Shown: one piece after another, positions 24,230 to 38,564 of the stretch
Position numbering within the stretch: position 1 is the first letter of the stretch
Layout of the letters: each line of letters opens with the position of its first letter
DNA from: Isurus oxyrinchus
Lineage: Eukaryota
DNA: 64,000 nucleotides
Assembly (NCBI GenBank): GCA_026770705.1
Contig: JANJGN010000034.1
Location: 3,286,001-3,350,000 of the forward strand
Reading direction: 5' to 3'
Notes under the pieces: generated by a model
What the model saw: the letters and a program-made list of their open reading frames with translations, nothing else
Told to the model about the DNA's origin: nothing
Databases searched by the model: none
Made by a program: the position numbers and the translations under genes

Positions 24230-24830
24230 TATGTTTTTGCAAAAGACAAAGCTAATGTATTTGCAAGAAACTGCAGCTGAAATAATTGCAGAATCTATTT
24301 CCAACTGCTCTTGAGGTCCCCACCATCAGATATGCCAATATTCATACATTATTTGCAATCCGTGTGATATTCTGGAACATTGAATGTACTAGATGTAACA
24401 ATGCTAAGGCCAATGTACAGATCTCGTTAAAGGTTTGAAGGGCTGTGCCCCAAGAGGTAACCGTGCTACTCGCCATGCTATTCCGCTGAATGTACAGTGA
24501 AGGCACATATCTGGAGAATGCATTACCTGCCCAGAAGAGGGAGGACAGCGATTGTCCAACTAATCGTCGCCCTCTAAGTGCATATTCAGTCATCAGCAAT
24601 GTGATTTAGATGTTTGTGATAGTATTAAACGTGAAACTTACATTGGAATATCGTATTTGCCAAAGTTTGGTTTCCACCAGTGCCACTCTGCCCCGAAATC
24701 AGTTAAGCCTTGTTGAAAACATAAGCAAAATAGCCTAATCGAAGAGTTGAATTTAACTTCCCTTCGCATCAAGACAATATTTGGCCGAGTGTGGCACCAG
24801 GGAATCCAAGCAAAATTTGAATTCATATAC
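24230..24830 (+). mobile_element. CR1/L2-group LINE RT fragment
   Basis: aaagacaaagctaatgtatttgca, ctcgccatgctattcc and gagtgtggcaccaggg match the family at 11.5 and 27 kb. Confidence 0.65.
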
Positions 24831-27009
24831 CCCGCCCTCTCTCGACACTGCAGAGTACATTACATTTCAAATACGGCTAATACGAAATTCATCCCTTATC
24901 AGCAACTAAAAACCAGTAATGGTAGCGAAGTTTGTATTTTCCTCTCTTTTGATTATGAAGTATTCAGTACTTCGGCGAAGATAAAACAAAACATAAATGC
25001 TGAGCAAAGGAAAAAATATAGTTCCCTTTTGCAGACTTGAAATGCAAAATGCAGATGGAAAGGTATAAACTCCCATGTCATTGAGAGCGTTTCACCGCTC
25101 TTTCTTAAAATGTGCACCCCTTCTTCCTCATTTTTCTTGTGCATTAGTATAGATAGAAAAAAAAAATTCTCACTCCGCATTTGTGTTTTGTCTCGAATTA
25201 TTTGCCCATTTCTTTTGCATTACCAAAGGCAGAGAAGTTGAAATAATTAGGGGAATTCTGAGGGAGGATTTATTTAGTACAATGAGTTGCTCTCATCTGG
25301 AACGTGCTTCCAGAACATGTTGTGGATGCAGGTTGATTACCTTTAAAAATGACGTTTGTATGTGTTTTCCCAAGGGAATCAAACTTCGTCGGAAGTGGAG
25401 TTGTCAAAGGAACATTTTTTTTTTTAACACGATGTGTGGTAATTAGCTGGAACTTTCTGCCTATAAGCTTTAGGAAGTGCAGTCAATCAGTTATTTCAAA
25501 ATTAAATTTCATGGATTCCTGAAGGCAACAGTGGTTTTAGATGCGTGGGAGGAGTAGCGGGGGAAGCGTGAGTGGAACTGGCTGCTTATCCATGGCGAGC
25601 CACCATGGAATCGATCAGCCAAATGCCTTCCTTCTGTGCTTTATTGGCAATATGGCTCTATCAATCCTATCATTGAATGAGAGGAATTTCGAATGTTATT
25701 GCCAGAGATGACTGACCTGGGTTAAAGTCTTCTTCCAAATAGCCAGCACAGAAAGAAACGGTCAGATAACCATATTGTGTGCCGTGCGATACTATGAATA
25801 GTTCTGAACAGTTTTCTCATATTGGGGGAATGGGGGTGGTGGTGGGTGGTGGGTCGTGTGTGGTGATGTGGGTGGAAGGCAGGTGAAACTTTACCATCGG
25901 TTTTGCGCTACCACACAAGACCCATGTAGATCCTTCAGTCATTAATTGGTCACAGTTCTCCTTCTCTACCAATGCGGTGGCTGTTGGAAACCAAACTGTT
26001 ATAGTATATATTATTTATCGTCTTGTATCCTGCTTATTTCTGTTCCTTTTTCCTGAACGTTTAATGCTGGAATGTTCCAACCAGATATCAGAAAAGCAGT
26101 GCTCAATCTGGTAGCTTTGCTGGGTTCAAATTCGGCTGGATCCATAGAGGAAAAAATATGCATATTGCATGTACATGGATCGAGGTATATTCTTATGCAA
26201 ACATGAAATAACTCAAATGAAGTCGCAATACGTTGTATATTTATCTATCAAAGTTGCCTTTAATGAAGTAAAATTGCTTGCGAAATTAATGCCTTTTTCT
26301 CTGAATATCAATGGTTTCAAACAACGGTCTGAATTCAAAGGCTTCAGGATCAGGTTTCTTGAAGCTCTCGAATTTACATACTGCTTTTGCTGAACGTTCT
26401 TTCCCTTGGTTCATCTGATTGGATGATACGTCACGACTGTATTACATTCTTAGATGTTTTTATTGTCAGTCGGAAAGTGAACTACTGTCAACAAAATTTA
26501 TGGTGGGCCATTAAATAACCTACTCCAAATGTGAGAACCCAGGAAAAGCATTGCCACCATCAGCTTGTCAAATCTCTGATAGCCTCAAGCCTGCTTGCAG
26601 CCAAAGTTTGTATGAAGCTGTCTTGCTCAACTATATCTGACCATCTCACCCTTTTGTTTCTGAATAACTGTTTGGCGAACCACGGCCTGTTCAAAGTACT
26701 AAACAAGTTTTGAATATTTGTCTGCCATTGCGTGGGAACATTTCAGTGCCCAAATTACATGTCCAATGCTGAGCATAACCTTTAACCCCTCCATACATAA
26801 TCCGGGAAGAACTACTGAGTGATTCACATCATGCACATGGAACATTTTATTTGATTGTGATATTCTAAAAATAGTGATTATCCCTGCTCACAAGCAGTTG
26901 GGAGGATACATACGCAAAATAAATCAATTCATTTTTTCGATTGAAATGTGCCATCACACATTAATGGATAATCAGAAGTAGTGCAAAATATGTATGTACT
27001 CAAGTATGC

Positions 27010-29140
27010 ATACCCTGGCACCCTAACAACCTTGGTTCAAACATGGACAAACGAACTGAACTGGAGAGGTATGGTAGCAGTAACTGCCTTACACGTCAAG
27101 GCAGCATTTGATAGAGTGCATTTTGAAGGAACCCTAAAAGCTGGAGTCAATGTGAATCGGGGGAGCGGGGAGGGCTATGGGAGTGAGTGGGAGTGGGGTA
27201 TTTGCACTGGTTGAAGTTAAACCAAACACAAAGGAATATAGTTGTAGGTTGTTGGATGGCAATCATCTCATTACCAGGACGTCACTGCAGGAGCTTCTCA
27301 AGTTAGACTCCAAGTCTCAAGTACCTTCAGTGACCATCAGTATTCGCCATCATTCCAACATAACTTCTGAAGTGGGGATGTTCGCTGACGATTGCACAAT
27401 AATCAGCACCATTCCCGATTTCTCAGAATCTGATACAGCCCATGTCCAAATGCAGTAACACCTATCAATATCCAGGCTTGGGCTGCAAAGTGGCAAGTAA
27501 CATTGGTGCCACACAAATATCAAACAATTACTGTTTCCGAGAGGAGAGAATCTAACAATTGCCCTTGACATTCAATGGCAGTACACACATACATAGTTGT
27601 ACGAGCGCACAGAATAGGTGGAGGAAAAGGCCACGTGCACCTTCAAGCCTGGCTGGCCATTTATTGCTACCATAACAGATCTCACTGTAACCTCCCAGCG
27701 AACACAATATCCCTTCATCCCCTTGCTTATGAAGATTTTATCTGCCTTTGCCTTGAAAACATTTAACGGCATCCCTTCCATTGCCTTTTGAGGAAGGGAG
27801 TTCCAATGACTCACTACTCTCTGAGAGAAAAAAAGGATTTGAATCTCTGTCTCACATGGCTGAGCTCTTATTTTTAAAGAGAGGTCCATAGTTCCAGATT
27901 CTCCAACAAGAGGTAACATGCTTTCCGCATCGACCCTGTCATTGCCCCTCAGGATCTTATATTTTTCAATAATACCGCCACTTAATCTTCCAAAATCCAG
28001 CGTATAAAAGCCTATCCTGTCCACATTTATTCAATGGATAACCTGTACTTCCGCGGTATTAGTTTAGTAGAACTTCTCTGAACTACTGCTTTTGCATTTA
28101 GATTATTCCTTTAATAAGAACACTACTACACACAGTATTCAATTTTCGGCTCACCTGTCTCCTGTACAACCTCCATACATTTGTATTCAATCTACCTTGC
28201 CATGAACAATAACATTCTGTTGACTTTCTTGATTAACTGGTGTGATTGCACACTAGCCTTTTTCTGTTCGTATGCTAGGATATCCACATCCCTCTGATTC
28301 TCGGAGTTCAGCAGTTTCTCATTGCTTCTGTCTTATTCTTCCTGCCAACATGGGCAAGTTCAAATATGCCCACGTTATTCTCCATTTTCCAGATCTTTTG
28401 CCACTTACTCGCTCTATCCATGTCTGTCCGTAGCCACCTTATTTCTTCTTCACAACTCACCATCCCACATATCTTTGTAACATGAGTGAATTCAGCAAAC
28501 ATGCCTTCAATCCCTTCATCCACAACCGATCGTTGAATCCTGCATTACCCACAGCCTGGAGGTTACCATTGACCAGAAATGGAACTGGATTAAACGTATA
28601 AAAACTTTGGCTGAAGGAGTAAGGCAGATCAAAGGAATCCTGAGGTTAGGTACTCACCACCTGTCAGGATTATTGAAGATTCAACAACACTCAGCACTTT
28701 GCCACCATAGAAGCGAAAGCTGCCCACTTAGTTGAAACCCCACACACAAACATTCACTCCATCCACCACAGATGCACAGTAGCAGAAGTGTCTACCATTT
28801 AGAGGATCACTGTAAGAACTTATGAAGGCTGCGTAGGCAACAAATTCCAAACCCACAAACGTTACCCTATAGAACAGCAAAGCCATATGGGAAGACCAAG
28901 TCCTGGAACCCCCTTGCAAACCACTCACCATGCTGGCTTGCGAGCATATCGCCGTTCCTTCGCTGTCCCTGGGTCAAACTCCTGGAACTCACTTCCGAAA
29001 ACATCTGTGGGAGCACCTGCACCGCATAAACTTCAGCGTTTCAAGAAGGCAGCTGTCCAACGCTTTCTCAAGGGCAATTATGAATGGGCAATAAATACTG
29101 GCCTAGCCAGCGACACCCCCGTCCCATGGACGAACAATAT
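27010..29140 (+). mobile_element. CR1/L2-group LINE (RT to 3' end) with nested CR1
   Basis: ALHVKAAFDRV and SEVGMFADDCT RT motifs. Ends in gggcaataaatactggcctagccagcgac. Confidence 0.85.
27585..28522 (-). mobile_element. CR1 3' fragment nested in the older LINE
   Basis: ORFs 28308-28523 (FAEFTHVTKICG..WKMENNVG) and 27572-28024 (FFSQRVVSHWNSLP). Confidence 0.85.
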
Positions 29141-29335
29141 AAATGTGTAAAACGCTACACAGATCACTCTTATCCATGTGTGCTTTTCAGCACTATACAT
29201 GCTCTCAAACTTGTAACTAGACCCAAACGGTTCAATACATTTTCTCGATGCCTTTGTTACCCTCGCTTCAATACTGCCTAGAGATTTGGCACTGTATTGT
29301 TTATGATTCTGGACAAGTAATGCAGAGATCCTCAC

Positions 29336-29609
29336 CGATTACCTCGAGAAATATGTTTGCAACCCCATTACGAGTGTTGGAGTGTTTATTTTTATTTTGT
29401 GTTTCCTCTGAATTAAAAAAACTCGCGTCAGTGTAACAGATATGAACGGGTTGAGGCCTCATAAATATCCCCAAGGCAATGAAATCTACCTTCCTGGACC
29501 CGTCTGGCTCTAAGTATGATAATGCAAACATAACTATATCTTTGGCTCTGTTAACCCTGCTAAATTGCCAAGCAGGGTAGTGGGTTGTCACCTCGGTGGA
29601 TAAGAATGA
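29336..29609 (-). CDS. Cluster of three candidate exons: 29592-29609 (18 nt), 29490-29509 (20 nt, xPDGSRK), 29336-29407 (72 nt, xETQNKNKHSNTRNGVANIFLEVI)
   Basis: Each has an ag/gt boundary (cctcag/gtgaca; tacttag/gtagat; ttttttaattcag/gtgagg), separated by two 82-nt introns. The phases are not fully consistent. Confidence 0.45.
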
Positions 29610-31499
29610 CTGAGGCATTGCAGAGGATTGCTTATCAACCACCTTCTCAAGGGCAAGTAAGAGTCTGGTATAACTGCTGGCCCTGCGTGAAAAACGATTT
29701 CCCTCTAATTCAAAACAATATGTTGACGAAATACATATAACTAATAACATTTTCTGACTGACTGAGGAACCGGGAAGTTCGTGCTCAGATAGAATGGTGA
29801 CCTGCGACTCTACACATATGGGTACAAAGGCCATTGACAAATTGGTGGTGTGATAAACCGTGGTTACCAGGATAATGTGATGGTACTCTACTACAGGCTC
29901 AGTGAATGGCTTTATGCATCCGATCGCTTAAGCCAATGAGCAGTCCCTAGCCAACATTCATGAAACTTCAAATAGTGACTGTGTTACAGTATTTAAAAGC
30001 CTCTTGCCAATAACTTGTCTGTAGGATATTCATTGAATATCAAAACACGCCTGGTGTTGCTGAACGCCTTCCCTTAGGTTTGAATACTCCTATTTGAAAG
30101 TGTTTCTCAGGCCCAAGCAGCGGGAGGAGCGGGCGCGGAAGGCTCCCATAAGACCACATAGTGTCATGGCTGAGAAAATTCTACCACTGTAGCCTTTATT
30201 ATTGCCCAATGGATTCTGCTGTTGCCCAAGAAATCCAGATAGTTTTCCCAGTCTCAGAAACTCAATTTATAACTGAAAAAATGTTGATCCTTATTATACT
30301 TGCAGGCACAGTGACACTGTGCCTTCAGAAAAAGTCCGCCTCTGCAAGGTTATATTATTAAGAGTGATCACTTGTTCATCTATTATTGAACCAGGAATTT
30401 TGCACTGAAGTAAGCATCCCTGGTCTCTTGCTGATCCTGCATTTCACTGCCTCAGGTACATGTGGCACATCAATTTCCTTGGGGTCTAAGTTGCACTGGT
30501 CACTTGACTACATCGTTAATCAGACCCTAGCTTGCACTGACTCTTTGGAATAACACATGCACATTGATTCGTCCTTTTTGTCTCTGATGCACATTTTATA
30601 AATTGCTTCAAGATTTCTTGGTTTGCACCTATTAAGATTATTGTTTCTAGTACCTCTCATTTTGGTAGTGATGCTGTCTAATGGTGTGTGGCAATACTGT
30701 CGCTCCAGCCATTCCAACCAAGCACAGAATTCAAAGGAGGTGGAGAGTGGCCAGTGAAAACCTAAAGTTTAGCGAGAGCAGGCGCCAGTAAAAAGCAAAA
30801 TGTTCAGCTAGAACCGGGCAACAGAATAGCTGAGAGTTCACCAAATCAGACCGGGGCTATTGCAAAATATGTGGCCTTAGACTCGTGTTTGGAAAGAAAA
30901 ATCCAGATGTGATAGCACATTAATTTCTAAATTGATTTGAGCATCGGCTCCCCTTTTCCCCAGTCTGTCATAATATTGTATTAGTTAGATGCATTTCATC
31001 AAAATATTGTTTTCGAAAGTTCAGTGACTGGTGAATATTGTTATTTGTGCACTGCTTCCAAACAACTGCTCAATTGAAAAAGAAAATAAAAACAGCAATC
31101 ATAATTAAAAACTGAGCAGTTGATGTGTATTAATGTGTATATGTTATCTCTAGGCAGATTACATTATTATTAGTATGCTTTGTCCGCATTAACATTGTTT
31201 ATTGAAAGTACAAAGTTTTATGGACAGCCAGAATATTTTTATTGGTATTTTGTATTACTGTTAATGCGGTTTATTAGCAATAGCAAAGTTAACAAATGAA
31301 TAAGGAAATGCAGAGCTGATCGGATACTTACAATGCACTTCCTGTGCTTAGTAGAAAATGCAGGATACTTCCCGTGTTATGAATAAACATTTGCGCAAGT
31401 GTCGTCATCTGCTGCAGCTTGAGCATAGGTCCCAGACCTGGAGCAGGAATGGCGTCGCTGTGATGCATCTGATGTTTATGACTTTGTGAATATCATGCT

Positions 31500-34400
31500 T
31501 ATATATGTAGTCACCCAAAAAATTAGGGCATGTAGGGATAGAGGACGTCAGTCATCTCCAGGCAGTCAGTGGGGAACAGACACAAAGTGCATCAGACCTC
31601 TGAATGCAACCAACTATCCATCCAGTATTCAGTTGCGAAAAAATGATGAGAATGATGGGTCCACAGGATAAAGCAGTCTGGCCCAAGACAACTGAGTGAT
31701 GGGATTCTTAGCTGTACGTGGTGGTGCTGTGCAAGGAAGACAATAAGAGCAATATATGTAGGTGATTCATTTGTCTGGAATAACAGGAATTTCTATTGCC
31801 GTATATCAAATCCAGGTTGGAATGTTGTGTCCTCAGTGCCAGCGTCAAGGATGTTACTGAGAAGCTGCAGGGCACCCTGCGGGGGCAGGATGAACAGCCA
31901 TCATGCACAATCCACAGATGTGCAAATGGCATGGGCCTAAATGGGGATCGGCAACTTTAGTAACAACTCAGTGAGCGAGGTAGGAAATCTGCGCTCAGGA
32001 CCTCAACATTACTAATATCCTCATTACTCCCTGTGCAATGCACATTTTAGTATAGAGGTTGGAGAAGAAAGCAGATAAATGCATCACTGGAAATATAATG
32101 AAGGAGGGAGAGCATTAAAATAGTCGTGCATTGGGGCTGGCTATGGGCAAATTGAACTTAAATACAGACTGAACTGAGTTCCTTGTGGTCCTTTTGTCCT
32201 GTCTAGTGGACAGAGTTAAACCTATGAAGCAGTAAAGTTGGCGGCAAGAGATAATATTTGAGTGTAATCCCAAGGCTTGCAGAATACAGCGAGGGGTCGA
32301 TAGCACTGGGATAGAAATAAAAAAAACGAAAAAATTAATAGCTTGGTTTGGAACAAGTGATAATATAATAACGTCAAATTCAGCCTTAGTGCATGTTTAT
32401 GTGAATGCTCAGAGTGTTGTAGCTAATGAATTGCAAGCGTTGATTGCCATCTAGAGTTAGGGTATTATAACGATAAGAGAGATATTGTTCAAATGAGGGC
32501 AGGACAAACTCTTGACTACTCCTGGATGCAAGATGTTCAGCAAATCTAGTAGAAGAATAAAAAGAGGAGTCTTGGTGGCATTGATTAAAGATAGTTTTGC
32601 ATTGGTAGAGAAAAAGGACACACCAGATTGATCAAATATAAAATGTATATGGCTGGAAGTAAGAAACAATAACAAATTCAAGTGCATTGCCAGGTGTTGT
32701 CCATAGGCCCCCAACACGTGTGAATGTTTTAGAGAAACACATTTGTAAGCAGATTACATAAAGGTGCAAACATTAAAATTTCTTCCAATTGGGGGCCTTA
32801 ATGGCACGGATTTTAGTTTGGTCATTCGAAATGCAAAGGGCTGTGAGTGGCAAAGCTTCATAAATTGTGTTCTGAATGCTTTTCGCTTGTAGCGACATAG
32901 TATAGCAAGATTATCTCTATGTCCGAGTATTTGCCCAGTACACGGAGGAATGGGACACTGCTTGACATGGGGCATACGTTGGGCAAATTGGATCAAGTGA
33001 CAGTCAGTGAACATTTCGGGAACAGTCAGCATTGTATCGGCAGCTTCCAGGTGACTACAGAAAATGGCAAAGAACAATCTTGAGTAATAGTAATTAACTG
33101 AAGGTAAGTAAATTTTCAATGGGGTAAGAACGGATTTGGGCTGAATAAATTGGAGTGAAATGTTGGCCTGAAATTTAAAAAAAAAATACACAGCTGAGCA
33201 ATGAGCTTGTTCCTAGGAAGAGGTATTTCTGTAACAGTCACAATATATTCCCTCTAAAACGAAAGACAGGAAAAGCAAGGCTACAGCTCACTGACTGACA
33301 AAGAGATACAAATTAGGATAAAAAAGAAAAAGTATGCCCATGACAAAGGTAAGATAGTCATTATAATTGCAATGCAGGCTACATATAGAATGTTCAAAAC
33401 AAATGTGAAAAAAGCACATTGGAGCAGCAAAGAGGGATTATGCTTAAGAGAATGGAACTCAATGCAAAAGGAAATTCCTAATGTCTTCTAGAGGTATACA
33501 AATAATTAAAAAAATAATGTGAAAGGAGGGGTAGTGGCAATTAGAGACCAAAAAGTAATTAGGCATCGAGGCTAACGGACAGCTATATAATTTGCATCTG
33601 TAATTAGCAATAAAGAAGGTTCTACACAGGCAACGGCAAAAGAGATGGTAATTGCGGAAGTGGAAGAATTAAAACTGGTTAAAAAAAGCGTTGGATTGGC
33701 TAATTGTATTTCAATAGGATAAGGTTCCAGGGCCAGATGAGATGCATCCAGTGATACTGTTGGAAGCGGGAGTAGAAATTGAGGAGGCACATGTCATAAA
33801 TTTTCAGTCTAATTTCGATTTGGGTGTAGTGCCAGAAAACTGGAGAATTGTAAACGTTACAGCCTTACTCAAAAACGGATTTTATGAATAGCCCAGTAAC
33901 TATACACCAGGTAGATTAACTTCACTGTTTGAAAAATTCTAGCAGCAATAATTGAAAGCAAATGTATTTGTCAGGTGGGTAAACGTGGAATAATTCGAGA
34001 AAACCACCATGGATTTGTGCTAGTCTTTCACTAAGTTTCTGACCTTTCAGGAAAGGTATTGAAGGCAAGTGATGAGACTAAAGTAGATCTTGTGATGTTA
34101 AGGGGACTTTCAAAAGTCGTCGGATATAATAACATTAACGGTGGTGTGCAGAGCACTATTACACATTTTGTAAATGTTACTAAGCTTGCAGGTGGTATGA
34201 AGTATGAGTATGATACTGCGGAACTTAAAATTGCATGAACAAGATGGTGCAATTGGCGGGCAAATGGAAGTTGAAGTTCAATGCGGAGAAATGTGAAGTG
34301 ATTCATATTGGTGGTAAGAAGGCAGGGAGAAAATATAGACTATGAAGCACAATTCTAACGTGGGTGGAGGAGTGAATATGTGCATAAGTCACTGAATGTC

Positions 34401-34985
34401 GCAGACCAGGTTGAAAGTTCCTGTGTGTCTGTAAAGGACACATTTTCCTTGGCTTTCTAAAGAGGGGACCAAATTGCAAGAACAAGGAAGTGATGATACA
34501 TTGTTGCAACTGGAGTATTCCGACAGAAACAATTTGAAAGCATTGGCGGGATTTCAGAAGAAAGCAACAACAACTGAATGGTTCTTGGAGACAAGAAAGC
34601 TGAGGTGCAATTTCAAAGGGATGTTTGAAACCAATAGCCGTCGGGAGAGAGTACACCAGGATGATGTGCAGTCACTCGGGAAAAGAATCAAGAAGTAGGG
34701 AGTGCACATGTAAACTGATTGGTAAAATAAGTGAAAAGCGGCACGAGGAAAGTTTCTTCTCACGCAGCAAGTGGTTAAGACCCGGGTTGCACTGCCTGAG
34801 ATTCTGACGGAGGCAGGTTACACGGAAGTAATCAACGGGGAATTAGGGGGTAACCGAAAAGGAAGGATGTGCAGTGTTACAGGGAGAAGGCAGAGAATTG
34901 TAATAAGCGAATTGCTCATTCAGATAGCCGGTGCACACACAATGGATCGAATGGACTCGTTCTGCACTGTAAGAATTCTGTGATA
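31500..34985 (+). mobile_element. Near full-length degenerate CR1: ORF1 esterase, ORF2 APE-RT and 3' tail
   Basis: ORF1 GDSFV..CCVLSASVKDVTEKLQ (SGNH-like), APE YVNAQSV..NELQALI, linker VPENWRIVNVTALLK, RT end W..KFNAEKCEVIH, and a tail ending ttctgcactgtaagaattctgtgat. Confidence 0.9.
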
Positions 34986-35179
34986 CTTTTGACATGCTTT
35001 GGTGCCTCCACCCAAGCCCATTATCCTACCCCGCAACGTCCTCAATCTCTTTTGGAAAAAACTTAATCAATCGTCGTAATATGCCATTAGTGCGCCATGA
35101 AAGCAGTTTAATTAACAGTTCAGCCGTAGGTTAGTTGCCAGCTGCCTGCCTCTGTGCTAGAAGTTTTCTTTCTTACCCT

Positions 35180-35500
35180 GTTCCAGACCGTGAGCAACCA
35201 TATCAAAACTGACAAGCCATTGTACTACTGAATGGGTGCTGCACTGTCAAGATGCCACTGTTTTCGACTCTGACGTTAAACCGATGTCACATCTGTCCGC
35301 TTAATTAGTATTGTATGATAAATATCTCATCGGGCTATTTCGGAAAAAAAAACAGGTGTGTTTTCTCCGGTACGCTGACCAATAGGTATCTTTCAGGCAA
35401 TATCAAAAACCGAATTGTCAGGTCATTTTCAATTGCGTTAGCTTCTGAAGTTCTGAAGGCACACAAGGCAAAAGCATACCTTTGGCTGCAAAACAATTTG
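35180..35500 (+). mobile_element. Deu-domain SINE (SacSINE/AmnSINE-like)
   Basis: gtactactgaatgggtgctgcactgtc..gacgttaaaccg..ctatttcggaa..ccggtacgctgaccaata matches the Deu-domain layout. Confidence 0.7.
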
Positions 35501-36699
35501 AGCCGACGTGTGGTCATAAAAAAAACTCAATATGAATGTGAAACATTTAAAAATATAATCAGAATAATGACGGCTTCCAGAAGCATGCCCTATAAAAAGT
35601 CAATCCGCCTCGCTGCTCACACCCTGCATACAGCATGGTCACTTCAAAGGAACGCAGCCTCAACGTCTTGGAGAGGCTTGGGTGTTGCAGAAATCCCTTG
35701 AGCAATGGCGCGGGGAGATATTAACCATTTTCAGAGCCAGCAAAGGCGATAGGGTTGGGAGGGCGTGTCAGTCAATGTATTGCCCAAAAAAAGCACTCAG
35801 CCACAGAACAGTTGATGGAAAACTACGCGTCAAATGCTGTGGAGGTGGGAAGATATTGTAGATGAAAGGTTACGTTTTGACATGTCGCAGATGTCTGACA
35901 AAAAAAATATCAAAAGCATAAGACCATGATAGAAGCTCAAGGCCTCCACGTAAAACAAAGCCATGTGCAGCCTTCAACCTATGTGCATCTGCTAAGCCAA
36001 TTGGGATTGAGAATCAGTGAAAGCATCAGCTCTGTGAAGCAGGCTGCTCCTACTTAAAATCTTCACATAAGGGACAGCTTAATAAAAGCCGTTGGGCACC
36101 TGTTTTTGTACAGATGTTTCAGTAGCCAGTGGCATCTGTGGCTGGGCCATGATATTCCAAGCACTCCTGCTCATCCAATCGGGAAGCTCATTAGCGAATA
36201 TGGCATAAATATCAATTGTCGATCATCATTCTTCTAGGGAGTCGAATATGCATTTTCGTCAGGGCCAGGTTTTACCTTAGTGAACAGTCAAGGAGGCAGG
36301 CAGGCACATGTAGTCAAGGATTATAATTAGGTCAGTTCTGAACTTGTAGATGGTAGAGCAGGTTCCAAGTATCAAATTACATTTTTCTGCCCGTTGTTTT
36401 TCCGTTTACTTTCATGGGGTCCTTCAAAACAAGCGTTCCTGATGAAAATGCTGCTGAAGTATTCAAAGCTCTTCTATTCTGCACGGATGAAGATTTCATG
36501 CATTGACGCGCTCACTCTACCACCTGCTCAACCACTCCCACAACGACGCCCCCACCCACCAGCCCCGTTCACCTTGATGTCTGGTTTGCAACAATTGCAT
36601 TCATTTTAACGAAGAGAGATGCTTTGGAAATTATCGAAGTATTTTCCTCTTGTTGATAGCAAGAAAAGCTGTGAAACATAGCTGCCTTAATGGCTTTCT

Positions 36700-37800
36700 T
36701 CCAATGACTGAGGAAACCATTCTATAGTGACCACATGGTATTTATATTCCTGTAGAATCACTGGCACAATTTCTTGTTCTCAAGTGCCATGAAGTCAAGG
36801 AAAAATGTACTAGCACAAAGGGCAACTCATCAGCGCCTTCGTCTACCTGAATATAACATTTTGTTCAGTTTACCAGGAGGATAGGTGTACTCCACTGCAG
36901 GGATTTTGTTGTTGTGGAAACTTCATCACGTTTCTGCAATTGCTTAGTGATTTGTTGAGTACAACCATCTTGACCATGACATCTGAAACAGTTGCCTTCA
37001 AAACATGGCTTGGGTGGAGCAAATGTTTTGTGATACCTCATATGCTATCGCACTATAGCTGCCAGTTGTTATTGGCCTCGTGAAAGACCATCTGCCATCG
37101 GGTGCCAGTGTTAAAACCAGCTGGATGGAAAATGCTGTAACCTCGGTAGCCTTCATGGCAATTCAAAAGTGGAAATCTTTGATTTAGGTAATATCTAGTT
37201 TAAATATGAATGCAGTCTGCAGCAGATTTGCATCGACTTTCAATCTCTTCCATTGTCCACACAAGTGTCTCAGATTATTCTTGAATATTTCAAAAACAAA
37301 ACATGCTTATGAAACCACATCAGGCGGCTCAATATAGCATGCCTCTTATATAGTTAAGAAGCAACTCTGGAAAATGCTGAACAATTTCCATACCTCTCTC
37401 AAAAGGTCACAGTTGACGATGAGTCCTAAGACTGAAGCAGATGCCTCATTTTAGCAATCTACAAACGATAATAACCAGTGCTTGCCATCAAAAAATCTAA
37501 AAGGGGCCTTGCAAACAGAGCAGTTGTCATCACCAAGTTCCTGGACTGCAGTGGGTCCTGAGCTGTGCAGCAGGGAGACAAACTATTGCTCAATAAGTTC
37601 TACCAGCAACGCCTCTGCCACATCCTCCTCAGTCAAACGGAAAACATTCAGCACCATCTCCTCTAGATTCCAGTTCCACAAATGTTCAGGGAAAGCTTCT
37701 GCAAAATCAATTCAATGCACTGGCGACTATGTCAAGATAGTTGAGCGCTGTTGTGCCGGCCCCATTCGGTCGTTTCAACTCACACATGTCAAATTTCCGG
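36700..37800 (+). mobile_element. RTE (BovB-like) LINE RT fragment, degenerate
   Basis: Piecewise translation: GQLISAFVYL, GNFITFLQLL, LNISKTK, LENAEQFPYL, RAVVITKFL, LNKFYQQRLCHIL. Confidence 0.8.
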
Positions 37801-38564
37801 GGCTAGCGTGCTCTTGTGGTGTTGAGATGGGTGGGAGTCCGAATGTATTGGGGTGCATTTGCTGGGGGCGCTGGGTGGGGGGATGGGTTGTTGGGGGGTG
37901 GTGGAGGGGAGTTGGTAATGGATAAATAAATGCTTCGCACCCTGAAGCTTTCATCGATTTTCATCAGTGGGAGGAGCTTGCTGCCATTCATTCAGAACAG
38001 CATCGGTTTTCCTTCAAGACGCAGCACACATGGGGCTGCAGCAATTTATGACGAGGCACACCGTCAGCAAAATGGGCAAGAAAATGAAGCGAATCCTGAA
38101 CGCTGGTTCCGACTAGCGTGTAAGACTTCACATAGCCAAAGGTCTGTTGCTTGTGAATCGGTTACTTCAATCATATGTAACGCACGATACTGATCACACA
38201 TCACCAACGGCATCATTTGGTAAACAGCCAGCGTCAGCATTTTACTATTCAACGCGTGTTGAATTAAAGCCCCGTAACAGTTTAATTAGAAAGTATGGGA
38301 AATACTCAGCAGGTCAGGCAGTGTCAGAAAGGTCATGACGTAAAACATTAATTCCGTTTTTGCTTCCGCTGATGCTTCCTGTCCAGCTGCATATTTTGAA
38401 CATGTTCTTTGACAAATAAAACAGTAATTCTTGATGCATGTTCCTTTCCTGTGGCAACTATGTTGACTGGTGTGGTACTGTCGTTGCACTTTTATGATTA
38501 TAGATTGCTTTACCCAATAGCAATTAATCTGCAACTCATGCCTAGCAACCCACCCCCGACTTTA

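Noticed and set aside
35635-35830. Possible second Myb/SANT-like remnant after a TATA-like motif
   Set aside because: It needs several frameshifts, and the similarity is too weak to call.
37440-37700. Minus-strand CSVCKAPFRFFDGKH resembling a FYVE finger
   Set aside because: It is the antisense of an RTE reverse transcriptase remnant that reads coherently on +.
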